From: an uncultured Candidatus Saccharibacteria bacterium
Lineage (GTDB): Bacteria; Patescibacteriota; Saccharimonadia; Saccharimonadales; JAGQNJ01
Assembly (NCBI GenBank): GCA_964565615.1
Contig: CAZMFO010000004.1
Span: forward strand, 1-48,946
Direction of reading: 5' to 3'
Length of the DNA stretch: 48,946 nucleotides
The first letter of the stretch is position 1. Each line of letters starts with the position of its first letter. Both the position numbers and the translations under genes were made by a program. The notes beneath the pieces are model-generated. The model searched no databases, was not told the DNA's origin, and saw only the letters and a program-made list of their open reading frames with translations. Below, piece by piece: positions 25,973 to 37,067 of the stretch.

Positions 25973-26614
25973 ATGTCTATTATTTGCCCAACAGTTTTAG
26001 CTAATGATGCACACGATTATCAGACACAAATCAATAAGATTAAGCCTTTTGCCTCGAGAGTGCAGATTGACTTAACCGATGGGGTGTTTGCGCAGTCACC
26101 AACGATTGCCTTGGAGCAGGTGTGGATTCCCGAATCAATGCAGGTCGATCTGCATTTAATGTATAAAACACCAATGGATTACCTAGATGAAGCCATAAAA
26201 CTACAACCTAGTATGGTGATTGTTCATGCCGAGGCAGAGGGCAATTTTGTGAAAATTGCAGATAAATTGCATAAGTCAGGTGTTAAGGTCGGGGTTGCCT
26301 TATTGCCGAAAACCTCAACGCATACCATTAAGCCATCGTTATCGGTGATTGATCATGTGCTGATCTTTAGCGGAGATTTAGGGAAATTTGGCGGAGTGGC
26401 AGATCTTGACTTGTTAAAAAAAGTAGTTCAGCTAAAAGAATGGAAGCAAGATTTAGAATTTGGCTGGGATGGTGGTATAAATGACAAAAACGCTCGTCAA
26501 CTAGCATCAGGTGGGATTAATGTTTTAAATGTCGGGGGGTATATTCAAAACTCACCTTCTCCAAAACAACACTACGACAAATTAGTCTCGTTAATAGGCA
26601 CAAGCGTGATATAA
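25973..26614 (+). CDS. rpe: Ribulose-phosphate 3-epimerase
   Basis: QIDLTDG.F, DLHLM, VHAEA, WDGGIN, NVG motifs. Confidence 0.9.
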   Translation: MSIICPTVLANDAHDYQTQINKIKPFASRVQIDLTDGVFAQSPTIALEQVWIPESMQVDLHLMYKTPMDYLDEAIKLQPSMVIVHAEAEGNFVKIADKLHKSGVKVGVALLPKTSTHTIKPSLSVIDHVLIFSGDLGKFGGVADLDLLKKVVQLKEWKQDLEFGWDGGINDKNARQLASGGINVLNVGGYIQNSPSPKQHYDKLVSLIGTSVI

Positions 26615-26624
26615 TTTTTGGTAT

Positions 26625-27503
26625 ATGGGTGGCCAACAAACATATACTACTCAATCTCTAAATCAAATCGCTAATTCGGTTAGAGAAGACATTATTAAAA
26701 TGCTAGAAAATGCTGGTAGTGGGCATAGTGCCGGTCCGCTTGGGTTAGCTGATATTTTTACAGCCTTATATTTTGACATTTTGAAACACAACCCCAAAAA
26801 ACCAGACTGGGATGAGCGCGATATTTTATTGTTAAGCAATGGTCATTGTGTACCTGTGCAGTATGCAACTATGGCTCACGCTGGCTATTTTGACAAAAAA
26901 GAGCTTATGACATTGCGACAATTTGGTTCCAGATTGCAAGGGCATCCAGAAAGGACAAGATTGCCAGGACTAGAAAATACTAGCGGACCATTAGGTTGTG
27001 GCCTAAGCCAAGCATGCGGTATGTCTTTGGCAATGCAAATGAATCATGATACGCACCGTTGGATTTATGTAGTGATGGGCGATGGCGAACTAGACGAAGG
27101 CAATGTGTGGGAGGCTGGAATGCTAGCTAGCAAATATAACTTGCACAACATAGTTGGTATTATTGATCGTAATAATATACAGATTGATGGTCCAACAGAG
27201 GAAGTTATGCCCTTAGAAGACCTGCGAGCTAAGTGGGAGGCTTTTGGTTGGCATGTACAAGAAATTGATGGGCACAATATAGAGGCAGTTATTGATGCTT
27301 GTTCGATGGCGCGAGCAATTACCGAGAAACCGAGTATGATAATTGCACATACTATACCCGGTAAGGGAGTTGATTTTATGGAATATAACTATAAATGGCA
27401 TGGTGGCGCACCTGGGCAAGGAGTGCCAAATAAAGAACAAGCCAGAGAAGCACTAAAAGAGTTGAGAACGTTGGGAGGAAAAATCAGGAGTGAACACCAA
27501 TGA
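26625..27503 (+). CDS. Transketolase, N-terminal (TPP-binding) subunit
   Basis: GSGHSAG, LSNGH, LQGHP, GPLG.GLS, GDGELDEG..WEA TPP motif. Confidence 0.95.
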   Translation: MGGQQTYTTQSLNQIANSVREDIIKMLENAGSGHSAGPLGLADIFTALYFDILKHNPKKPDWDERDILLLSNGHCVPVQYATMAHAGYFDKKELMTLRQFGSRLQGHPERTRLPGLENTSGPLGCGLSQACGMSLAMQMNHDTHRWIYVVMGDGELDEGNVWEAGMLASKYNLHNIVGIIDRNNIQIDGPTEEVMPLEDLRAKWEAFGWHVQEIDGHNIEAVIDACSMARAITEKPSMIIAHTIPGKGVDFMEYNYKWHGGAPGQGVPNKEQAREALKELRTLGGKIRSEHQ

Positions 27504-28492
27504 GTGTGCTTGATCTCCACCTCGTTCATAAAAGCTGGGGTAAATCTAAGGTTGAGTTTGAGCCTAATCGCAAAGGATTTGGTAGGGGTTTGCTCGAGGC
27601 AGGCAAACACAATGACAACGTTGTAGCTTGTTGTGCTGACTTAACCGAATCAACCCAGATGCACTTATTCAGAGATGCCTTTCCCGAACGTTTTGTTGAG
27701 ATTGGTGTAGCAGAACAAAATCTAGTAACTGTAGGTTCGGGCTTGGCATCAATGGGTAAGATACCATTTGTAAGTAGCTATGCGGCATTTAGTCCGGGGC
27801 GAAACTGGGAGCAAATACGTACTACTATTTGTTTAAATGACCAGCCAGTACGCATTGTTGGTTCTCATGCAGGGGTTAGTGTTGGACCAGATGGCGCAAC
27901 TCATCAGATGTTAGAAGACATTGCTCTTATGCGTGCTTTGCCAAATATGACTGTTATTTCTCCATCCGACAGTATTGAGGCCGAAAAGGCCACAATTGCT
28001 CTGGCTAAATACAACAAACCAGCTTACTTGCGATTAGCGCGAGAAGCTGTACCAATAATATCTACTAAAGATACGCCATTTGAAATCGGCAAAGCATACG
28101 TATATGACAGGGGTGAGGATATAACTATTGTAGCAACCGGGACCATGACGTATCACGCTCTCGTAGCATCAGACATTCTTTATAAAGAAGGGATTGAGGC
28201 AGAGGTGATCCATTGCCCGACTATTAAGCCCCTTGATGGTCTAACAATTTTATCTAGCATAAAAAAGACTCGTTGTGTGGTTACTGTAGAGGAGCACCAA
28301 ACAACTGGCGGACTAGGTGGTGCAATAGCAGAATTTATTGGCGAGCATTTGCCGGTACCACTTAGGCGAGTGGGAGTTCACGATCGATTTGGAGAGTCTG
28401 GCAAACCAGATGAGTTGTTTGAGTATCTAGGGCTAACTGCCAAGCATATTGCTCTTGTGGCCCATCAATGTTATGAAAGCAGGAGGAACTAG
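27500..28492 (+). CDS. Transketolase, C-terminal subunit
   Basis: ADLTEST, GVAEQNL, GPDGATHQ..ED, YLRLAR, EEH...GGLG. Confidence 0.95.
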   Translation: MSVLDLHLVHKSWGKSKVEFEPNRKGFGRGLLEAGKHNDNVVACCADLTESTQMHLFRDAFPERFVEIGVAEQNLVTVGSGLASMGKIPFVSSYAAFSPGRNWEQIRTTICLNDQPVRIVGSHAGVSVGPDGATHQMLEDIALMRALPNMTVISPSDSIEAEKATIALAKYNKPAYLRLAREAVPIISTKDTPFEIGKAYVYDRGEDITIVATGTMTYHALVASDILYKEGIEAEVIHCPTIKPLDGLTILSSIKKTRCVVTVEEHQTTGGLGGAIAEFIGEHLPVPLRRVGVHDRFGESGKPDELFEYLGLTAKHIALVAHQCYESRRN

Positions 28493-28495
28493 CTT

Positions 28496-29407
28496 ATGTC
28501 GTTAACCTTAAGGCAAATGAGGCAGAACTGTGCAGAGGCACGGATTTTAATGGAACGATCTAGGAGGGGCAAGTTTGCCGTAGGGGCCTTTAATCTAGAT
28601 AATCAAGAAACATTAATAGCTGTAGCTAGGGCGGCCAAAAAAACAAAAGCACCGGTTTTGGTAGAGGTTAGTAAGGGTGAGGTAGATGCTTTAGGGCTTG
28701 ACAATGTCAGAGATATGGTTGACAACTATAAAGCGGAGTATGGCGTTGAGATGTATATCAACCTAGATCACAGTCCTAGTGTCGAGGATGCTTTAGACGG
28801 CATAGAAGCTGGTTTTGAGTTCATACACATAGACGTTTCTCAGGCTAACCACGAGGCTAGCGACGAAGAAATTATTAGTTCTACAAAAGAGGTTGTAAAC
28901 TATGCCAGACTAACCGGTGCATTAGTAGAGAGTGAGCCACATTATTTTGGCGGGAGTTCTAATTTGCATACAGAAAAGATTGATTACGCCGAAATTAAAA
29001 AGACTTTTAGTACTCCTCTTGGTGCAAGATCGTTTGTTAACGCTACGGGCATAGATACTTTTGCTGTGGCGATTGGTAATTTGCATGGTAAATATCCTGT
29101 TCCAAAAAAGCTTGATCTAGATTTACTTAAAGAAATTCGTAAAGAGCTTGATTGCAACATTAGTCTGCATGGCGGTAGTGGCACGCCCGGTCGTTACTTT
29201 GAGGAAGCGGCTCGTATTGGGGTCAGTAAGATAAACATTAATTCTGATATGCGGGTCGCCTATCGAAATACTCTAGAAAAGGTTCTTGCCGAGAACAAAG
29301 ACGAGTATGCTGTAGTTAAGTTGATGGGGCAGGTGATTACGGTTGTTCAGAAGGTGGTAGAGGCCAAGATTGATGCTTTTGGTTCTGCCGGAAAGGCACA
29401 AGTTTAG
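28496..29407 (+). CDS. fba: Class II fructose-bisphosphate aldolase
   Basis: GAFN, NLDH, AIGNLHGKY, SLHGGSG, KININSD. Confidence 0.92.
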   Translation: MSLTLRQMRQNCAEARILMERSRRGKFAVGAFNLDNQETLIAVARAAKKTKAPVLVEVSKGEVDALGLDNVRDMVDNYKAEYGVEMYINLDHSPSVEDALDGIEAGFEFIHIDVSQANHEASDEEIISSTKEVVNYARLTGALVESEPHYFGGSSNLHTEKIDYAEIKKTFSTPLGARSFVNATGIDTFAVAIGNLHGKYPVPKKLDLDLLKEIRKELDCNISLHGGSGTPGRYFEEAARIGVSKININSDMRVAYRNTLEKVLAENKDEYAVVKLMGQVITVVQKVVEAKIDAFGSAGKAQV

Positions 29408-29416
29408 GGTTTTCAG

Positions 29417-30382
29417 TTGAAGAGGGTGCATATAGTTTCTATTGGAGCAGCCGTGCAGGATGTCTTTTTGCAAGGGCGAATTTTTAAACCAGTTAAGGAA
29501 AAAGATGGAGACTTAGTAAACGAGTTTGATCTAGGTACCAAGAACGATATTGAGGGTATTGTCCATAGTGTTGGTGGTGGAGCAACGAACGCTAGCGTAA
29601 CATTTGCTCGGCTGGGATTTAATAGTTGGTATATGGGGCGTATCGGAAACGATATTCCCGGCAGAGTGATATTAGATACCCTGGCCGACGAAAAGGTCAA
29701 TACCAGCTTAGTGTGGACTGCCAAAGATGTCGGCACAGGTTATTCGACTCTATTATTAGCACCGTCTGGGGAGAGAACAATTTTAACATATAGAGGTGCT
29801 TCGTCAGAGTATAAATTGTCTGTGGCAAGATTTAAGTCGGTCAAGCCTGATTGGTTTTATATTAGCTCTTTATCTGGCGACATTGATGCACTAGAGGTTA
29901 TTGTTGATTATGCTCGCAAAAAAAAGATAAAAATAGCTATTAACCCCGGAAAGGGCGAGCTAAAACAGCATTCCAGATTTAAAAAACTTCTCCCGTCATT
30001 TGACATATTAAGTATAAATAAAGAGGAGATAGAAGAGCTATTTGGTACAGCAGATTTATTTAGTTTGATGAAACGAGCTCATCAAGATGTTGATATTGTG
30101 GTAGTAACCGATGGGGCCAGAGGCTCTTATGTGATAAACGATAATCAGATTTATAAAGCTGGTATGTATAAAGATGTCCCAGTAATTGATCGGACAGGAG
30201 CGGGGGACGCTTTTTGTAGTGGTTTTGTAGCAATGATTGCTAGGGGGGAACCCATTGAGAAGGCCATTGTTTATGGAAGTGCTAATTCTACAAGTGTAGT
30301 AGGGCAAATCGGAGCAAAGGCCGGTATTCTAAAATCAAGTAATAACCTTGATGCAATGAAGATAATAGTAAAGTCAATTTAA
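29417..30382 (+). CDS. PfkB-family carbohydrate kinase
   Basis: GGGATNASV..ARLG, NPG, NKEE, VVTDG.RG, DRTGAGDAF. Confidence 0.93.
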   Translation: MKRVHIVSIGAAVQDVFLQGRIFKPVKEKDGDLVNEFDLGTKNDIEGIVHSVGGGATNASVTFARLGFNSWYMGRIGNDIPGRVILDTLADEKVNTSLVWTAKDVGTGYSTLLLAPSGERTILTYRGASSEYKLSVARFKSVKPDWFYISSLSGDIDALEVIVDYARKKKIKIAINPGKGELKQHSRFKKLLPSFDILSINKEEIEELFGTADLFSLMKRAHQDVDIVVVTDGARGSYVINDNQIYKAGMYKDVPVIDRTGAGDAFCSGFVAMIARGEPIEKAIVYGSANSTSVVGQIGAKAGILKSSNNLDAMKIIVKSI

Positions 30383-30428
30383 TTGTTTGTTTTGCTGGTA
30401 TAAGTTGCTTATGGTAATCTATTTATAG

Positions 30429-31667
30429 ATGTCAAAAATGTTATCAGATTTACTGGGGGCAAAAGAGCCGTTGTTCTCTATGAGTCTTAACCAACTTGAG
30501 CAAGCTAGCGGGAATCCAAGCGCAGATGTTCGCCTTACGGCAGAGATAATCGGGGCCACAAGGCTAAAAACCGAAGAATTGGGGCTTGATCCAGACGATA
30601 CCTCACCGCGGGAGCTACACTCGGCACTACTTGCCAAAATTGAGGATCATAACAAGCGTTTAGTGCGTCGCATCGGTGGCGACGACCCCAACGATGCTTC
30701 TGCTTTGATGCCACTAATGCGTAAAACATGGGAAAGAGTTAAGACAAACAAAAGTTGTTGGGTGCTAAAAAAATCTGTCGCTAAGGCGATGCTCAAAAAT
30801 AAGCCACCAACACAGATTATGAAGAATCTAGGATACCGATCTGTTGATAGTATGATCAAACATGAAAATCTTGGAGAGATTTATGGAGCATTGAGGTTTG
30901 CCGAAAGTCCGGACTGGCTCAATGAGTTTAACGAGCAATACCAGAACCTAACACCTAGAGATTTTGAAACAAGACAGATAGAAGTTATTGAGATGGATTT
31001 GAAGCGCTGGGGCGAAATCGCTACTCCATTTATTCATAAAAAAAAGCATAATATCACTCATCTTAAAGAGCTTGGTATTATCTTGATGCTACCAATTACT
31101 CCCAAAGCAAAATTGCGGGGAATTGCTATATTTACTCTGCCTTTGCTGTTTCACTATTTGCAAGAAATTAGACTTTACTCGGCATTTTTTAAGCTGAAGC
31201 AGGTTGAACCAAACTTTGGTAAAGTGGTTGTTAATACACTATTAGCGGATCCGAGTGATGCTGTGATTATGAGTGGTAGTAAAATCCACTGGCGAGTTAT
31301 TCAACGATATTTTGGCAAGCTAGAAAAAGAAAAGCATCCCGAGATATTTGAGCCACATGTTCAACCAGAAGACTTGCATTGGCGACGGGCGGAGGATATG
31401 CTTTACGATCTTGATCCAGAACTAGGCTTCTGGCGAGATATGGATTATGTTGGTATTATGGACAAAGATAAACGACCAGTAACCCTAAATATGCTAGATG
31501 TGGCAGCTAGTTTCGTAAACGATTTGCCTTATGCGAATCGAGCAATCTATCACTTTAGAGAATCACTATGGAACGAGATATTTATTCGTTATATGGGGCA
31601 AAAAAACCTAGAAGAGCAAGTTTTAGCACAACTAGATAACGATGTAATAAAACCAGAAACCCTATGA
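30429..31667 (+). CDS. Hypothetical protein (412 aa)
   Basis: Long open frame with normal codon style. No motif recognised. ATGA-coupled to the next gene. Confidence 0.85.
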   Translation: MSKMLSDLLGAKEPLFSMSLNQLEQASGNPSADVRLTAEIIGATRLKTEELGLDPDDTSPRELHSALLAKIEDHNKRLVRRIGGDDPNDASALMPLMRKTWERVKTNKSCWVLKKSVAKAMLKNKPPTQIMKNLGYRSVDSMIKHENLGEIYGALRFAESPDWLNEFNEQYQNLTPRDFETRQIEVIEMDLKRWGEIATPFIHKKKHNITHLKELGIILMLPITPKAKLRGIAIFTLPLLFHYLQEIRLYSAFFKLKQVEPNFGKVVVNTLLADPSDAVIMSGSKIHWRVIQRYFGKLEKEKHPEIFEPHVQPEDLHWRRAEDMLYDLDPELGFWRDMDYVGIMDKDKRPVTLNMLDVAASFVNDLPYANRAIYHFRESLWNEIFIRYMGQKNLEEQVLAQLDNDVIKPETL

Positions 31668-32329
31668 GCTACTTATTTAGACCAGACCCTCATCCTTCGG
31701 CAAAAACAACAAACGATGGGCATCACCTAAGTTTTACAATTTGTGTATCTGGAGCCGCTGGAGGTAAGACAGTTGAAGAATCTGCCGATCTAGCCGAAGC
31801 ACTTGGTCGTTCAATTGCCAAACATGGGCACATATTAACTACTGGAGCAACGGTTGGTCTGCCGTTTTATGCCGCAAAAGGCGCAAAGTCTGCGGGCGGT
31901 ATGAGCATTGGGTTTTCTCCGGCTGGTAGTCTAAGAGAACACTTAAAAAAATATCGTTTGCCTTTTGAGTTTTTTGATTTCATTAACTTTACCGGAATGC
32001 AATATGTTGGCCGAGATTTGTATTTAGTTCAGTCTAGTGATGCATTGATTACTGTAGGTGGAAGATTTGGGAGCTTGCACGAGTTTATTACTGGGTTAGA
32101 GGCTGGCAAGCCTTGTGGGGTTTTGGTTGGTAGTGGTGGTGCTTCGGATATTATTCCCGATTTAATGAAGAGCCTATCTCCTCCCAAGAAGTCAATAGTA
32201 GTTTACGATACTGATCCTAATGCCCTTGTAGAAAAGATGGAAGATATTCTAGAAGAACAATATAGCGATATTTACGAAGCTCATAATTCTAACATCGACT
32301 ATAGTCGTGCTCAAAAACCAACCGGTTAA
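31664..32329 (+). CDS. LOG/SLOG-family nucleotide-binding protein (TIGR00725-like)
   Basis: [25 protein letters not shown], '[11 protein letters not shown]', [11 protein letters not shown]. Confidence 0.8.
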   Translation: MSYLFRPDPHPSAKTTNDGHHLSFTICVSGAAGGKTVEESADLAEALGRSIAKHGHILTTGATVGLPFYAAKGAKSAGGMSIGFSPAGSLREHLKKYRLPFEFFDFINFTGMQYVGRDLYLVQSSDALITVGGRFGSLHEFITGLEAGKPCGVLVGSGGASDIIPDLMKSLSPPKKSIVVYDTDPNALVEKMEDILEEQYSDIYEAHNSNIDYSRAQKPTG

Positions 32330-32355
32330 CAGATGAGTACGATATACTAATTGAT

Positions 32356-34314
32356 GTGAGCAGATTTGAACTAACTTCAAAGTTTAATCCGACTGGTGAT
32401 CAACCACAAGCCATTAAGCAATTGACCGAGGGCTTAATTCGGGGCGAAAAGCAACAGGTGTTGTTGGGTGTTACTGGTTCGGGCAAGACTTTTACTATGG
32501 CCAATATCGTTGCTAATTTACAACGACCGACTTTGGTATTGAGTCATAATAAAACATTGGCCGCACAGCTGTATAACGAGTTCAAAAACTTCTTTCCTAA
32601 CAATGCTGTCCATTACTTTGTGAGCTACTTTGATTACTATCAACCAGAGGCATATATCGCCAGAAGTGACACTTACATAGAAAAAGATAGTCAAATTAAC
32701 GAAGAGATAGATAGGCTACGACATTCGGCAACTGATTCTTTGCTCTCTCGCCGAGATGTGTTGATCGTTGCTAGCGTAAGTTGTATTTATGGTATAGGAT
32801 CGGTGGAAGATTACGGCGGATTATCTCAAACTATTAAGGTTGGAGAAAAACGAGTGAGAGATAAACTAATCCGGCAACTGACAGATATTCAATATCAACG
32901 CAATGACATTGACTTTCATCGGGGAACTTTTAGAGTTCGGGGTGATGTGGTTGATATTTATCCTGCCGGCGAAGAAGTAGCATATAGAGTGGATTTTTTT
33001 GGTGATGAGGTAGAGTCAATTAGTAAGTTAAATCCGTTAACTGGCGAAGTTATTACCAAGCCAAATCAGGTAGTTATCTATCCTAGCTCTCATTATGTAA
33101 CCTCTAAAGAAAAAATAAAAAAAGCGTTGGTAGAAATCCGTCAGGAGCTTGATGAGCGACTACGGTTTTTTAAAAATAATGGTCAGCTTTTAGAAGCTCA
33201 ACGACTAGAACAGCGTACTAACTTTGATCTTGAGATGCTAGAGGAAACCGGTTTTGTCAAGGGAATAGAAAACTACAGCCGATATTTAACTAATCGAGAG
33301 GTAGGAGAACAGCCAGCCACTTTGCTGGATTATTTTCCGGACGACTACTTGATGTTAGTTGACGAATCTCATATGACACTACCACAAGTTCGGGGTATGT
33401 ATAATGGCGATCGAGCACGAAAAGAAGTATTAGTAGAGCATGGGTTTAGACTACCCAGTGCCTTAGACAATCGGCCACTAACATTTATTGAGTTTGAGCG
33501 ACATATAAATCAGGTAGTTTATGTTAGTGCAACTCCTGCAGAATACGAACTTAGCCGTAGTCCTAAACCAGCCCAGCAAATTATTAGACCGACCGGTTTA
33601 CTTGATCCGCAAATAGAAGTTAAACCAGTTGCTGGACAGGTAGATGACCTAATTGCCGAAATTCGCACAACGATTGCCAAAGGACACCGGGTATTGGTTA
33701 CAACTCTTACAAAGAGGATGGCAGAAGATTTAACGGACTACCTACAAGAGTTAAACATCAAGGTAACTTATCTCCATAGCGAGGTTGATACGCTAGAACG
33801 AACCGATATATTGCGAGATTTGCGACTAGGCGTATATGATGTGTTGATAGGAATAAACTTGTTACGAGAAGGCATTGATCTGCCAGAGGTTAGCCTCGTA
33901 GCCATATTGGATGCTGACAAAGAAGGTTTTTTAAGAAGTGAGTCCGCTTTGGTGCAAACAATTGGTCGCGCAGCCAGACATCAAGAAGGCAGGGTGTTGA
34001 TGTATGCAGATGTTATTACCGGTAGTATGAAGCGGGCAATTGACGAGACTAATCGTCGTAGAGCTATTCAAAAAACCTACAATAAACAACACGGAATTAC
34101 ACCATCTAGTATAGATAAAGCTATTGAGGAACGAATGATGCAAGAGCAGAGTGAGCCGAAGCCTAAAATTGACTTAAAAAAGATTCCCAAAGACGAGTAT
34201 CCACAGCTAATCTCCGACTTAACTGCACAAATGGAGCTGGCGTCTAGCAATTTAGAATTTGAGAAAGCAGCAGATTTGCGTGATTTAATTGCCGAAATTA
34301 AAGAGAAGTCTTAA
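32356..34314 (+). CDS. uvrB: Excinuclease ABC subunit B
   Basis: [38 protein letters not shown]-terminal UVR domain. Confidence 0.98.
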   Translation: MSRFELTSKFNPTGDQPQAIKQLTEGLIRGEKQQVLLGVTGSGKTFTMANIVANLQRPTLVLSHNKTLAAQLYNEFKNFFPNNAVHYFVSYFDYYQPEAYIARSDTYIEKDSQINEEIDRLRHSATDSLLSRRDVLIVASVSCIYGIGSVEDYGGLSQTIKVGEKRVRDKLIRQLTDIQYQRNDIDFHRGTFRVRGDVVDIYPAGEEVAYRVDFFGDEVESISKLNPLTGEVITKPNQVVIYPSSHYVTSKEKIKKALVEIRQELDERLRFFKNNGQLLEAQRLEQRTNFDLEMLEETGFVKGIENYSRYLTNREVGEQPATLLDYFPDDYLMLVDESHMTLPQVRGMYNGDRARKEVLVEHGFRLPSALDNRPLTFIEFERHINQVVYVSATPAEYELSRSPKPAQQIIRPTGLLDPQIEVKPVAGQVDDLIAEIRTTIAKGHRVLVTTLTKRMAEDLTDYLQELNIKVTYLHSEVDTLERTDILRDLRLGVYDVLIGINLLREGIDLPEVSLVAILDADKEGFLRSESALVQTIGRAARHQEGRVLMYADVITGSMKRAIDETNRRRAIQKTYNKQHGITPSSIDKAIEERMMQEQSEPKPKIDLKKIPKDEYPQLISDLTAQMELASSNLEFEKAADLRDLIAEIKEKS

Positions 34315-34328
34315 TGTTTTGTCAGAAG

Positions 34329-35252
34329 CTAACTCGGTAAGGCAGAATCGGTTATTAACCGAGCATATTCTTGGGCAATAAACGATGGATGGGTGATTGG
34401 GGAGGCATGGCCAACTCTGTCAATTACCCTAAAATTGTCAGTAGCTCCAGCCATTTCGGCAGATACTTGATTGATGTTAAATAGTTCATCGTTGCGAGGT
34501 TGCATAATAGCTACCTTAACATTAGGGTCAAGTTGACGAATTAGTTGTCGTATATCACAACTGCTGGCTACTAGCATTTCGCCAATAGTCAGCATAGGGT
34601 TGCTGGCAATATGTTTGAGACAATTGAGTGAATCTATGGGTGATGGCCTAAATTCATGTCGTTTTAATAGGTCTATAGCTAATCGTCCAACAAGCTTTGG
34701 TGCGCCCGGTGCAAGTGTTCGTGGAGAATGATCCACTAATCCAGCCGAGCTAAACAGGGTCAGTTGTTTTATTAAATGAGGTTTGTGGTTGGCTAGCTGT
34801 GTTCCGATAAATCCTCCCATTGAATGACCAAAAAGGTTAACTCTTGAATCTAAGCCATGGTTCGGAAGCGCACTAATCGCTCCTTTTACCAACTTTGAGG
34901 ACAGAGCTGTCGGTTTAAATAGATGTGATGGATGCATCATCGCCTCAAATTTTTGTGTGCGTGATAATTTGCATCGCAAGGTAATTAAGCCTTGCTCTGC
35001 AGACATAGCTCTGGCTAAGCCTCTGTAAGCGGGTTCTGATCCGGCAAATCCGTAAATAATTACATTAACAGTGTCGTTAATCGGTTTTTCGGGGATCTCT
35101 AGAATATACTGGCTAGTCGATCCGGCAATAGGTACCTCGTCTTCGATTGTTTGGGTACAAAAAAAGCCCTCCTTAAGTAGAGGGCGCGAGGCTTCTTCTT
35201 GGGATGATAAATTATAATCTATCTCTAACTGTTCTGGTTTGACCGCTAACAT
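34329..35252 (-). CDS. Alpha/beta hydrolase
   Basis: YGFAG, GHSMGG nucleophile elbow, DELF, GHASP. Confidence 0.82.
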   Translation of the reverse strand: MLAVKPEQLEIDYNLSSQEEASRPLLKEGFFCTQTIEDEVPIAGSTSQYILEIPEKPINDTVNVIIYGFAGSEPAYRGLARAMSAEQGLITLRCKLSRTQKFEAMMHPSHLFKPTALSSKLVKGAISALPNHGLDSRVNLFGHSMGGFIGTQLANHKPHLIKQLTLFSSAGLVDHSPRTLAPGAPKLVGRLAIDLLKRHEFRPSPIDSLNCLKHIASNPMLTIGEMLVASSCDIRQLIRQLDPNVKVAIMQPRNDELFNINQVSAEMAGATDNFRVIDRVGHASPITHPSFIAQEYARLITDSALPS

Positions 35253-35341
35253 AAGTGTTCCTTAGTTGCTTATGTCTTAATATATGCCTAAAATCAAAGT
35301 TTGGCAAGCAAGTAGTAAAGAAATTTGTTATACTACTTTAA

Positions 35342-35635
35342 ATGGCGAAGATATCTGTTGAAGATGTATTAAAATTGGCACGACTTTCCAAGATTCAACT
35401 CACTAAAGATGAGCTTACGGAGTTTACTGATGAGATAGCAGATGTTATCAAATATGTGGAGCAACTTTCGTCAGTAGATACGGACAATCTAGAGCCCACC
35501 ATACAGGTCACAGGCCTAGAAAATGTTACTCGTCCTGATGAAGTTATTGATTATGGTCTATCGCAAGCAGATTTATTAAAAAATGTTTCAGAGCTTGAAG
35601 AACAGCAGATAAAAGTTAAGAGAGTAATAGAATAG
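35342..35635 (+). CDS. gatC: Asp/Glu-tRNA amidotransferase subunit C
   Basis: 'IS.EDVLKLARLSKI.L', 'NVTRPDEV', 'IKVKRVI'. First gene of gatCAB. Confidence 0.93.
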   Translation: MAKISVEDVLKLARLSKIQLTKDELTEFTDEIADVIKYVEQLSSVDTDNLEPTIQVTGLENVTRPDEVIDYGLSQADLLKNVSELEEQQIKVKRVIE

Positions 35636-35642
35636 GTTAGAG

Positions 35643-37067
35643 ATGAATAATAAATGGCCATCTATTGCTGAAATTGCTAGGCAGGTACAATCGCAAGAAA
35701 GAAGTGCCTTGAGCTTTGTTGAGGAATCATTAAGTAGAATAGCTGAGGCTAGTGATTATCAGGCCATCGTAGCGTCAATTACTAGTCGGTCTAAGGGGCG
35801 AGCCCGAGAGATTGATCAGGCAGTCAAAGCTGGCAAGTCGGTTGGTCGTCTGGCAGGCGTTCCTTTTGTAGCCAAAGATAACTTTTTGGTTTTTGGGGCA
35901 AAAACTACTGCTTCTAGTAATATGCTTAAGAGCTTTGATGCCCCCTACCAATCAACTGCAATAAATAAACTAGAGGCAGAAGGTGCAATCTGTGTTGCCA
36001 AGGCTAATTTAGATGCCTTTGCTCATGGTTCAAGCACCGAGAATAGTGATTTTTTTACCACCAAAAACCCAAGAGATAAACAGTTAGTTCCTGGTGGTTC
36101 ATCGGGTGGGTCAGCCGTTGCTGTTGCCTTAAATCTCGCTCCGTTTGCTCTCGGCACAGATACGGGCGGATCAATCCGTTTGCCTGCCAGTTTTTGTGGA
36201 GTGGTTGGTTATAAGCCAACCTATGGTTTGGTGTCTCGTAGCGGAGTAATTGCTATGGCCAGCAGTACGGATGTAGTCGGTCCAATTACTACCAGTATTG
36301 ATGATACGGCTCTTGTTCTAGATGTAATGGCCGGCAAGGATCCGCTTGATAGCACAACTATTGATCGCGATAAAGAATCCTATTATTCGTTTGTTCCTTC
36401 ATCTAAAATGCGCATTGGAGTCGTCAAGGAGTTTATTGGCGAAGGCTTAGATGAGTCAATAAAAAAGCTTATCAATCAAAAAATTCAGTCTATAAAAAAG
36501 CTGGGATACGATGTTCAGGAAGTCAGTATTCCGTCGATCTCGCTGGCTTTAGCCTGTTATTACATTTTGTGTCCGGCTGAGGTTTCCAGCAATTTAAGTC
36601 GTTATGACGGGTTAAGATTTGGCTTTAACGACAAGACGGCAAAAACTCTTGATGATAGCTATATTCTGTCAAGAAGTAGAGGATTTGGCAAAGAAGCTAA
36701 AAGGCGTATTTTGATTGGTACATATGTGCTTAGTAGTGGGTATTATGATGCTTATTATAAAAAAGCACAGATTGTTCGGACACAATTAATTAATGAATTT
36801 AACCGAGCCCTTAGTAAGGTTGATATTTTGCTCGGGCCAACAGCACCAGTGACCGCTTTTAAGATTGGGCAGAATATCAATAATCCATTAGCTATGTATT
36901 TAACAGATATAATGACGGTGAGTGCTAATTTAGTCGGCGTTCCAGCAATGAGTCTGCCGGTTGGAGAAGTAAAGGGATTGCCGGTTGGGCTACAATTAAT
37001 GTCAGCTCAGAAGTTCGATCGTCAACTATTGTCTTTTGCAAAACAAATAGAAGGAGATATAAAATGA
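35643..37067 (+). CDS. gatA: Asp/Glu-tRNA amidotransferase subunit A
   Basis: KDNF, amidase signature PGGSSGGSA, GTDTGGSIRLPA, SSNLSRYDG, LSSGYYDAYY. Confidence 0.97.
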   Translation: MNNKWPSIAEIARQVQSQERSALSFVEESLSRIAEASDYQAIVASITSRSKGRAREIDQAVKAGKSVGRLAGVPFVAKDNFLVFGAKTTASSNMLKSFDAPYQSTAINKLEAEGAICVAKANLDAFAHGSSTENSDFFTTKNPRDKQLVPGGSSGGSAVAVALNLAPFALGTDTGGSIRLPASFCGVVGYKPTYGLVSRSGVIAMASSTDVVGPITTSIDDTALVLDVMAGKDPLDSTTIDRDKESYYSFVPSSKMRIGVVKEFIGEGLDESIKKLINQKIQSIKKLGYDVQEVSIPSISLALACYYILCPAEVSSNLSRYDGLRFGFNDKTAKTLDDSYILSRSRGFGKEAKRRILIGTYVLSSGYYDAYYKKAQIVRTQLINEFNRALSKVDILLGPTAPVTAFKIGQNINNPLAMYLTDIMTVSANLVGVPAMSLPVGEVKGLPVGLQLMSAQKFDRQLLSFAKQIEGDIK

